From IMG/VR virus record IMGVR_UViG_3300025127_000001, positions 562-64,561 of that record: a stretch of DNA of 64,000 bases; one strand, written 5' to 3'. Under the pieces are notes generated by a model. That model was not told where the DNA came from, made no database searches, and saw only the letters and a program-made list of their open reading frames with translations. The translations under genes and the position numbers were made by a program. This document shows, in pieces, positions 49,088 through 56,743 of this stretch. How positions within the stretch are numbered: position 1 is the stretch's first letter; every line of letters starts with the position of its first letter. Source of the stretch: a virus (taxonomy: Duplodnaviria; Caudoviricetes).

Positions 49088-49207
49088 TTAGTGAAAGTCA
49101 TAATATACTTCTATAACTTTATCTTTTTGTTCTTGAGTTAATTTAGTATAATGCTTGTCGAATAGTCGCCAAGATATTTTTAGTAGAGTATAAGATTTAG
49201 TACACAT
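49088..49207 (-). CDS. Small hypothetical protein (not in ORF track)
   Basis: 39 aa MCTKSYTLLKISWRLFDKHY... Confidence 0.45.
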   Translation of the reverse strand: MCTKSYTLLKISWRLFDKHYTKLTQEQKDKVIEVYYDFH

Positions 49208-49225
49208 AGTATATTATTTTATTAG

Positions 49226-49411
49226 TTAAACATTTATTTTATTATCGTCGCCTTGTTGTGTTTTGTTTGTAATAGGTTGGTCAAACGGTGCTTCGAGTGT
49301 ACCGAATAGCAGTTCGTCGAAGTATTCACCGCTTGAAATAAACCTATTTTGTAATTTAGAGTAGTATCTTCTAGCCATAGATTCCGAATTGTATGCCATC
49401 AGGAACACCAT
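49226..49411 (-). CDS. Hypothetical protein
   Basis: True start probably internal (MARRYY). Confidence 0.45.
   Translation of the reverse strand: MVFLMAYNSESMARRYYSKLQNRFISSGEYFDELLFGTLEAPFDQPITNKTQQGDDNKINV
49241..49270 (-). promoter_or_regulatory. Class I early promoter-like repeat (variant)
   Basis: ACAAA-CAAA-ACACA-ACAAGGCG-ACGATAAT. Confidence 0.65.
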
Positions 49412-49565
49412 TGATTAATAAGTTTACTACTAGTGTTATCCAACCCACTACTGCTAATGGTAGTAAGAAACCGAAAGCAAATACTTCCATTGCTACTTCA
49501 TGTATTGGTTTTGACTTGACATATTTAGTCACTGCGGCTTGAAAGCCTCTGAATTTAAATTTCAT
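49371..49565 (-). CDS. Small membrane protein
   Basis: One long hydrophobic helix. Confidence 0.55.
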   Translation of the reverse strand: MKFKFRGFQAAVTKYVKSKPIHEVAMEVFAFGFLLPLAVVGWITLVVNLLINGVPDGIQFGIYG

Positions 49566-49587
49566 ATTGTTAGATTTAATAAGTTAG

Positions 49588-49691
49588 TGGATAAGGTGGG
49601 AGTCGAACCCACATGCCATACACAACTTACGCCATTGACCGAAGCCAAATTGTAGCCATTGCATGATACACTACTGTCCATGTAGTTACCC
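49588..49691 (-). ncRNA. tRNA-like RNA B: Ala-type acceptor, long UUCG-capped arm in place of anticodon arm
   Basis: GGGTAA/TTATCC-A with G3:U70; T arm GTGGG-TTCGACT-CCCAC; TTGGC-TTCG-GTCAA apex. Confidence 0.6.
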
Positions 49692-49764
49692 ATGTATGAG
49701 TGATTCAACTTTGTTTATACTCGAGAAAATAACTCATAACGCCGAGTGGTTTGTAGAGTGCTAA

Positions 49765-49995
49765 TTAAAGCACTTCTACATCACCTTGTAAAACTCTTGG
49801 AATTGAAGTCGAAGAAGTGTAAGACTTGTATTTTTCCCAGCAGTTTAACTTAGTTAAGTTATCTTTCATAAGTGAGAACACTTTGTCATGATTGTATTTG
49901 AATGTTTTACCATTTTTGAATTCAACATTGATAACTTGATTTTTACCGATTAGTGATTGTCTAACGACGAATCTTTTAGAATTTAGAATTGACAT
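49765..49995 (-). CDS. Hypothetical protein, first clear early gene
   Basis: 76-aa ORF downstream of two promoter repeats. Confidence 0.6.
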   Translation of the reverse strand: MSILNSKRFVVRQSLIGKNQVINVEFKNGKTFKYNHDKVFSLMKDNLTKLNCWEKYKSYTSSTSIPRVLQGDVEVL

Positions 49996-50044
49996 AATTG
50001 TTTAGATTTAGAATTATTATTATTATTTATATTGTCTTTATAGT

Positions 50045-50074
50045 ATTATCGAATGAGCTTTGTAATTTGTTTGT
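50045..50074 (-). promoter_or_regulatory. Class I early promoter-like repeat
   Basis: ACAAA-CAAA-TTACA-AAGCTCAT-TCGATAAT. Confidence 0.75.
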
Positions 50075-50159
50075 GACAAGTGTAATTTTGTTTACTTGTT
50101 AAAATTAGTTTAGTAGTTATACCGCATTGTCTCATAGTGCATTAGATATTTACAATAGT

Positions 50160-50189
50160 ATTATCGAAATATAACTGTAAATAGTTTGT
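50160..50189 (-). promoter_or_regulatory. Class I early promoter-like repeat
   Basis: ACAAA-CTAT-TTACA-GTTATATT-TCGATAAT. Confidence 0.75.
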
Positions 50190-50197
50190 ATAAAACG

Positions 50198-50228
50198 ATA
50201 TGTCAATGTGTCATGACAATATGTCAAT
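50198..50228. repeat. TGTCA cluster
   Basis: ATATGTCAAT direct repeats flanking palindrome TGTCATGACA. Confidence 0.65.
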
Positions 50229-50404
50229 TAGTTCTACGGAAAATGATGAATAGTCTAGCCTATCGGGGTGAAACGCGTATATATGACGGCGCATCGTGGT
50301 AAAACAGGGGCAACCCGGTGAAACGAAACGATTTTAAATACAGACCGGCTACGGAAAAAAGAGTGGGCAACACAAATACTCTCTATTAGTAACGACTTTA
50401 TATA

Positions 50405-50447
50405 TGACACTAGCCTTATAAAGTATATAAGTAACTAGCTATTGTCA
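50405..50447. promoter_or_regulatory. 43-bp dyad TGACA-N33-TGTCA, copy 2
   Basis: TGACACTAGCCT...TAGCTATTGTCA. Confidence 0.6.
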
Positions 50448-50453
50448 CTGTTC

Positions 50454-50484
50454 TTGTAAATAAAAGCGAAAACCTGTAAGTATA
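50454..50484 (+). promoter_or_regulatory. Putative class II promoter TTGTAAA-N14-TGTAAGTATA
   Basis: Matches 41116-41146; heads the + arm. Confidence 0.55.
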
Positions 50485-50518
50485 TAGAATATAGTATAAA
50501 CTAATAAAAAAATTAAAC

Positions 50519-52102
50519 ATGGCAATAATTTATTCATACCCAGAGATTGGCAGTGTGCATAACGATGATCTGTTTATTATATCTAGAACTTCTAGTGATA
50601 ACAAGACTTTTTCTCTTAAAGCAACAGAACTATCTAATTACATATTAGGTGGTTTTTCTATTGGCATTGCTGGCAATTCTGGTACTGGTACTATTGCCAA
50701 CGGAGAGACACTTTCCATAATAGGAGCCAACAACGAAATACTAACAACAGCATCGGGACAAGATATTACAGTATCAATAGATCCAAAATCAGTAGTAACA
50801 TACAGTTTATCAGGACAAGTCTCACTTGTAGATGATTATAAGATAGTATTAAATGATTCAAGTACTTTAACTCCAACAGAAGTTGTTCTTGAAGCAGGAA
50901 CTGGTATCACACTATTAGATCAAGGAAATAACACGGTACAAATACAATCAATATCAGATGTTACAGTTGCAGCAAACGCCGCTGTTAACACTTTACCAAT
51001 TTTTTACCCAGCAACTAATACACTAGGTAACTCACCTATAAGTATTTCTAGAGATGCAGGTGACAATCCTTCTACTGTAACTCTTTCTACAACAAGTGGT
51101 CAAGCTGCAAAATGGTTTTTCAACGGAGCTGGCACTAAGTTTACTATGTATAATACTGCTGGTAATGATATATTTTTACTTTCAGGTGATAACACTGGAT
51201 ATTATACATATAATTTCCAAATGCGTGGAAGTTTAGCCGTAGGAAGATCACAGCAATCTACAGCTGTTACTTTAGATGTAGGTGCTCCATCAGATACTAG
51301 ACCAGCTGCATGGTTTAGAAATGGTGTTGTAATATCAAATAACCCACCAGGTGTACAAGTTGATAACACATCGATGGTAATTGGTGCTGGTAATAACGAT
51401 AACATATCAGGTTCTGATCATTGTTTAATTGTAGGTAGTGGTAACCAAATTACTGTAAGTTCTTCACAATCAGTTGCTTTTGGACAAGGAAATGCTATAA
51501 CAAATTCTAACGATGCTTTTGCTGTAGGTAATTCAAATACATTATCTTCTTCACGTAGAACTCAAGCTCTTGGTTATAATAACCAAATACAAGCTAGTTC
51601 AAGTTTCATAGCTGGTGGCGATAATAATATATCCACTTCAAACTCTAACATAATGGTGTTAGGTTATGATAATAGCTTACCTTCTGGTAATAACGCTAGT
51701 GCTGTATATATAATAGGTGGCAATAACCAGCCTTTTGGTTCAGCGGTATTAAGAGAGAGTTTTGGTATTGGTAACAACTTAACGCTAAGCCAAAATGTAA
51801 TGACATTAGGTTATAGAAACAATGCTAGTGGTTATCCAACTCCTGATAAAAATTTAGGTTTAGGAGATACTAAATTTGTTGTAGGAGTAGGTAGTTCTAC
51901 AATTACTAATGCAAATGCTTTAATAATAACAGAGGGTGGTGTTAACGGCGGAAGCCAAGGAAGTACACCTCAAATACCTAGAGTTATTTTACCTTCAGTA
52001 GTAGGATTTAATTTTGCAGATGATACAGCTGCAGCTGCTGGTGGTATACCAGTTGGTGGTTTGTATCACAACGCCGGAGTATTAAGAATAAGACTAACAT
52101 AG
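50519..52102 (+). CDS. Tail fibre/spike protein with beta-helix-like repeats
   Basis: Repeated (A/V)xGxxNxI units; C-terminal 'DDTAAAAGGIPVGGLY'. Confidence 0.7.
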   Translation: MAIIYSYPEIGSVHNDDLFIISRTSSDNKTFSLKATELSNYILGGFSIGIAGNSGTGTIANGETLSIIGANNEILTTASGQDITVSIDPKSVVTYSLSGQVSLVDDYKIVLNDSSTLTPTEVVLEAGTGITLLDQGNNTVQIQSISDVTVAANAAVNTLPIFYPATNTLGNSPISISRDAGDNPSTVTLSTTSGQAAKWFFNGAGTKFTMYNTAGNDIFLLSGDNTGYYTYNFQMRGSLAVGRSQQSTAVTLDVGAPSDTRPAAWFRNGVVISNNPPGVQVDNTSMVIGAGNNDNISGSDHCLIVGSGNQITVSSSQSVAFGQGNAITNSNDAFAVGNSNTLSSSRRTQALGYNNQIQASSSFIAGGDNNISTSNSNIMVLGYDNSLPSGNNASAVYIIGGNNQPFGSAVLRESFGIGNNLTLSQNVMTLGYRNNASGYPTPDKNLGLGDTKFVVGVGSSTITNANALIITEGGVNGGSQGSTPQIPRVILPSVVGFNFADDTAAAAGGIPVGGLYHNAGVLRIRLT

Positions 52103-52103
52103 T

Positions 52104-52829
52104 ATGGCAAAAATATCATCGTACCCTACGGCTCAGCCAGATGGTTCAGACATATTAATCGGTACTGACATACAAACAGGCCAGACTAGAAATTTCAGTG
52201 TTGACGCATTGACAACCTATAATGCTAATGCTTATTTAAAACAGATAAGTTGGGAGTTTATAGTTAATGAACCTGATTCTGGGGTTACAGATGGTAAATT
52301 GTTTTTTAATGGATATGGTGGTAATGGAACTAACTTTATTGATATAACTACAATAGATATAAATGTTAAAATGCCTAACGCAACAAATGCGTTACCTTAT
52401 TTAGAATATTTATTAACAGACAACCCAGTAGACGATAAACACAAGCCTGCAGATAATTATATAAAATTTTCTGATAGGCATAATTTAGGTTCTTTTGGTA
52501 TATATAAATTTAATAGTATAACACTCGTAGCAGGTGATATATATAGATTAGATTTAACACCAAGTAATGAAAGTGTAGGTAAAATATATAATAAAAACCT
52601 ATACGCTATAGAACTTGATCCTATTAAAACAATGGGTCAAACTTTTATATTTATTCAAACATTATCTTCTGCTACATGGAACATAACACACAACTTAGAT
52701 ACATTTCCTTCTGTAACTGTAGTAGATTCATTTAACACAACAGTACAAGGTAGTGTAGAATATGTAGATAAAAACAACATAACGATAACTTTTTCTGCAC
52801 CATTTTCAGGAAAAGCATATTTAAACTAA
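52104..52829 (+). CDS. Structural/tail fibre-associated protein
   Basis: C-terminal 'WNITHNL..FPSVTVVD...I.FSAPFSGKAYLN'. Confidence 0.6.
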   Translation: MAKISSYPTAQPDGSDILIGTDIQTGQTRNFSVDALTTYNANAYLKQISWEFIVNEPDSGVTDGKLFFNGYGGNGTNFIDITTIDINVKMPNATNALPYLEYLLTDNPVDDKHKPADNYIKFSDRHNLGSFGIYKFNSITLVAGDIYRLDLTPSNESVGKIYNKNLYAIELDPIKTMGQTFIFIQTLSSATWNITHNLDTFPSVTVVDSFNTTVQGSVEYVDKNNITITFSAPFSGKAYLN

Positions 52830-52838
52830 ACTAAAACG

Positions 52839-54608
52839 ATGGCAATACAATTTTTAAACACAGTAAACTTCAACGGTAATCAAGCCGAAGGGCTTACCAT
52901 ACAAAACGCTGCCACTGATCCAGCTTCTGGACAAATAGGTCAGTTGTACTATAATACAAGCGACGATGAATTAAGAGCGTATGATGGTAGTGATTGGAAT
53001 GAAGTAGGTGGTGGAGTAGAGTCTGTTGGCTTACAGATGCCATCGGCTTTCACCGTAACAAACTCTCCAGTAACAAGCAGTGGTACTTTAACAGTAGCTG
53101 GTGCAGGTAACACAACACAATATGTAAGAGGTGATGGTAGTTTAGCTACTTTTCCTAGTATACCAACAGTACCTTCTAATATTGTAGAAACATTAACAGT
53201 AGCAAGTGGTACTTATGTAAGCTTAACCGATGCATCTAGTGCTGATGGTGATGTTGATCTAGGTACTGTAGATCTTTCAGCATCTAACGGTACTAGTACT
53301 ACAGCATCAAGATTTTTAACAAAAGATAATACTTGGGCTGTACCTTCGTACACAAGTAATACAAATGAAACATATACACTACCAGTAGCAGCTGGTGCAT
53401 CAAACACTGCTTTACTAGAGTTAACAGCGGGTGGTTCTGGATCAGGTGTTAAATCTACTGTAACGATAGAGGGTACGGATAAACAAATAGTTGTAACCGA
53501 AACTACAGGTAATAATGGTACTATAAACTTTAAGTTTCCTACTGGTGGTTTTACAGCGCCTGATGGATCAAGTGCTACAACTCAAACAAACAGTGATAAT
53601 TCAACAAAGCTAGCGACAACTGCTTATGTTGATAGTATGATAGCTACAGTGCCAGCTGGTTTAGTATTTAAAGGTAGTTGGAATGCAAACACAAACTCAC
53701 CTACGCTAACTAGTGGACAAGGAACTGTAGGTAACTATTATATAGTATCAGTTGCTGGTAACACAAATCTAGATGGTATTACCGACTGGCAAGTTGGTGA
53801 CTGGGCTGTATTTACAGATGATGGTGCAGGTGGTGCTGATCAATGGGATAAAATTGATAACTCATCAATACTTGACGGAGCTGGTGTAGCTGGTCAGGTT
53901 TCTTATTGGAGCGGTACTAAAGAGCTTGCTGGTGATACTGGTATGACATATGATGCTTCTACTAATGTATTAACAGTTAATAGCGCAACCTCTACACAAT
54001 GGACAGAGGCATATGATAACTATGTAGCTAGTGCAGCTGTAACAGGTAGTTCAACTAAGACGATGACGTTTACTCAAAATGATGGGGGTACGTTCACAGC
54101 TCAATGGACAGATGAAGATTCAGGTGGTACAGTAACAGATGTACTTTCAGTTTCACCAATAACTATAGATGGTACTGCTGGAGGTAGTAATAATCTTAAA
54201 CCAGAAGTAGGTATATTAACAGCTACCAAAACTCAAATAGGTGCTGCTGCTGTAACAGATGGTACTGGTATAGATGTATCAGTGTCAAATGGTGTATTTA
54301 CTATATCTACAGACGGCACAAACCCATTAGGTACAAGAATTTCTTTAAATACTAGTGTAAGTGGTGTATCTCAACAGAGTGGCGCACCAAGCGGAACAAC
54401 CGGTTGGGTGATTGATGTAACTGATAATAATGTATTTGGTAACAATGTTAGTGATGCTATTGATGTTAAAGTAGAAGTTGTGACTAGCGCAGGAGCTACT
54501 GTGTATCCAGATATTACTAGAAGTAACGAGTTTATGACAATTAACTTTACTAATTTACCATCAGCTCCTAGTCAAGGAGACTATGAAGCTTTATTAACTG
54601 CAATATAA
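52839..54608 (+). CDS. Tail fibre protein
   Basis: G/S/T-rich; 'STKLATTAYVD', 'FKGSWNA.TN.P.L', 'W.VGDW'. Confidence 0.7.
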   Translation: MAIQFLNTVNFNGNQAEGLTIQNAATDPASGQIGQLYYNTSDDELRAYDGSDWNEVGGGVESVGLQMPSAFTVTNSPVTSSGTLTVAGAGNTTQYVRGDGSLATFPSIPTVPSNIVETLTVASGTYVSLTDASSADGDVDLGTVDLSASNGTSTTASRFLTKDNTWAVPSYTSNTNETYTLPVAAGASNTALLELTAGGSGSGVKSTVTIEGTDKQIVVTETTGNNGTINFKFPTGGFTAPDGSSATTQTNSDNSTKLATTAYVDSMIATVPAGLVFKGSWNANTNSPTLTSGQGTVGNYYIVSVAGNTNLDGITDWQVGDWAVFTDDGAGGADQWDKIDNSSILDGAGVAGQVSYWSGTKELAGDTGMTYDASTNVLTVNSATSTQWTEAYDNYVASAAVTGSSTKTMTFTQNDGGTFTAQWTDEDSGGTVTDVLSVSPITIDGTAGGSNNLKPEVGILTATKTQIGAAAVTDGTGIDVSVSNGVFTISTDGTNPLGTRISLNTSVSGVSQQSGAPSGTTGWVIDVTDNNVFGNNVSDAIDVKVEVVTSAGATVYPDITRSNEFMTINFTNLPSAPSQGDYEALLTAI

Positions 54609-54625
54609 TAAAATAATATAATCGC

Positions 54626-56365
54626 ATGGCGGTTCAATTTGTAAATAATCAATTTATCTGGGGCAGCATGCAAGCTGTTACCAAGGCTATTATCGGTCAG
54701 TCAAACTCTTATACAGGTGATTATACTGCTTATATAACTGGTAGTGATGGTTTACATGTATATGGAAATAACACTACATCATCTAACACTTTATTTTTAG
54801 TAGACTATGGAGACAGTAATAAAGTTGTTGAAGCTACACCATCACCAAGGTTTAGAGCTGGTGACATTAGCGGTGTAGGTAGTCATACTTTTCTAGAAGT
54901 TGATGCTGGTGGATTTGATGTTTACAATGGATCAGATGCTAGATTTACTGTAAATGGCACCACAGGTAACGTCGGTATAGGTGTAGGCAGTCCAGGCGCT
55001 CAGTTAGAAATAGCTGATTCAAGCAATGCTTCATCTGGATTAAGATTCACAGCTGTAAATACTGGTAATCAAGATACCGTTAATATGCATTTTCAAGGTA
55101 CCGCAGGAACCGCTCCGTTTTATATATCAAGACAAGCGACAGGTGGCGCTGAACTACAATTGCAATTCGATGGTGATTTAATATTAAACGGTAATAATGG
55201 GGATAATGTAGGAATAGGAACAACCACCCCTCAACAAAAGCTACACGTAAGTAACAATATACTTTGCGGAGGTAACTTGTACTTTAATACTGGTACATCT
55301 AATTATATATCTGGAGTAGGAGGTGGTTTAGAGTGGTATACTGATAGTAATAAGATTGTAGATATTACTTACGGTGGTGAGGTTGATATAACAAATGATT
55401 TAAATTTAAATAATGATAAAGCTGTATCTTGGGGTTCAACTGGCGGTACCGCTAAAAGTGTTTATATAGAAGCAACTGACGGTGTAGGTAATAGTGGTAG
55501 GTCTCAAATGAAGTTTCTTAACAATAGTTCTTGGGATTGGTCTAGTGCGACAGATGGTCAATTTGTATTTAAAAACGATAACACAAGTGCTATTTATGGA
55601 ACTGTTTTTGATATAGTTCATGGCTCAACTAGCACAAGTGATAGTGCAAGTATAAACATAAGATTAGGTAGAGATAAAGATTCTACCTATTCATACACAG
55701 GTGGGCTTACATATACATCAACTAATAACTCTAGCAATAAAGAAACATTTTTATTTAAATGTGCTAATAGAGGTTTTATGCAAGTCAAAGGTACTTTAGG
55801 AGGAGAAATTGACAATATTAAACTTGGTACTAATCTTTCTAATTATGATGGTAAATTTGATTTTCAAAGTGATAGTGGCGGAGGAGCACCTTTGTTTGTT
55901 ATTAATGATCAAGATTATCAACCTGCATTATCTACATCAAATCCAGTTGTAAAACTACAAACTAACTTTCATTCTACAAACGGTAGATACATGATGGTTT
56001 TTCAAAGATATAGCACAACTTCTAGTATTAGGGGTTCTATATTAACAACAAATTCTGGAACCACATATAATACAAGTTCTGATTATAGGCTTAAAACAGA
56101 CGCAAAAGATTTTAATGCTTTAGATTTAGTAAAGCAAATACCTGTTTATGATTTTAAATGGAAATATATAGACAACAGAGATTACGGGTGCTTTGCGCAT
56201 GAATTAGCAGAAATTATACCAAATGCTGTAACTGGAGAAAAAGACGCTGTAACTGAAGACGGCGAAGCTGATCACCAACAAGCTGACTATAGTAAAATTG
56301 TACCTGTTTTAGTAAAAGCAATACAGGAGCTTGAAGCAAAAGTAAAAATACTTGAAAACAAGTGA
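54626..56365 (+). CDS. Tail fibre with C-terminal intramolecular chaperone (peptidase S74)
   Basis: GNVGIG repeats; 'SDYRLK...G.FAHEL...DYSKIVPVLVKAIQEL'. Confidence 0.85.
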   Translation: MAVQFVNNQFIWGSMQAVTKAIIGQSNSYTGDYTAYITGSDGLHVYGNNTTSSNTLFLVDYGDSNKVVEATPSPRFRAGDISGVGSHTFLEVDAGGFDVYNGSDARFTVNGTTGNVGIGVGSPGAQLEIADSSNASSGLRFTAVNTGNQDTVNMHFQGTAGTAPFYISRQATGGAELQLQFDGDLILNGNNGDNVGIGTTTPQQKLHVSNNILCGGNLYFNTGTSNYISGVGGGLEWYTDSNKIVDITYGGEVDITNDLNLNNDKAVSWGSTGGTAKSVYIEATDGVGNSGRSQMKFLNNSSWDWSSATDGQFVFKNDNTSAIYGTVFDIVHGSTSTSDSASINIRLGRDKDSTYSYTGGLTYTSTNNSSNKETFLFKCANRGFMQVKGTLGGEIDNIKLGTNLSNYDGKFDFQSDSGGGAPLFVINDQDYQPALSTSNPVVKLQTNFHSTNGRYMMVFQRYSTTSSIRGSILTTNSGTTYNTSSDYRLKTDAKDFNALDLVKQIPVYDFKWKYIDNRDYGCFAHELAEIIPNAVTGEKDAVTEDGEADHQQADYSKIVPVLVKAIQELEAKVKILENK

Positions 56366-56428
56366 TGATAAACATATACCTGCTCGGTTAAGAGCGTATA
56401 ACCAAAGTTTAATTTAAAACCAAAACCA

Positions 56429-56719
56429 ATGACTTATTTTTATTATAAGACCAATACTTGGGGTAACTCCAACCCTCAAGTAACCGAGGAAACCAAAGAC
56501 TTTTGGAAACACCTTGTAGAAAAAAAGAACTGGAGAATTGTTCAACTACCTAACGGTTTTTATCAAACAGAATATAAAGACCAAGATGGTTTATGGATAG
56601 ATGTAACTAGACGTGAAACTATGGACGGTGCTGAAGCTGCTATTGATGGCAGCATAGAGCACTACACTAAAAAGTTAGACTTTCTAAAAGGACCTAAGGT
56701 AGTTAAAACCTTTGAATAA
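56429..56719 (+). CDS. Hypothetical protein
   Basis: 96-aa ORF before groL. Confidence 0.6.
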   Translation: MTYFYYKTNTWGNSNPQVTEETKDFWKHLVEKKNWRIVQLPNGFYQTEYKDQDGLWIDVTRRETMDGAEAAIDGSIEHYTKKLDFLKGPKVVKTFE

Positions 56720-56743
56720 ATATAAATCAAATTTAATCTAATT

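Noticed and set aside
49692-49760. HDV-like/theta ribozyme next to the tRNA-like RNA
   Set aside because: Lies 5' of the RNA rather than 3'; lacks P3, the P1.1 GG and the catalytic C (TGAAT instead of CGAAT)
44633-50189. CRISPR array from the dispersed repeats
   Set aside because: Repeats are degenerate, irregularly spaced and sit upstream of genes, which fits promoters
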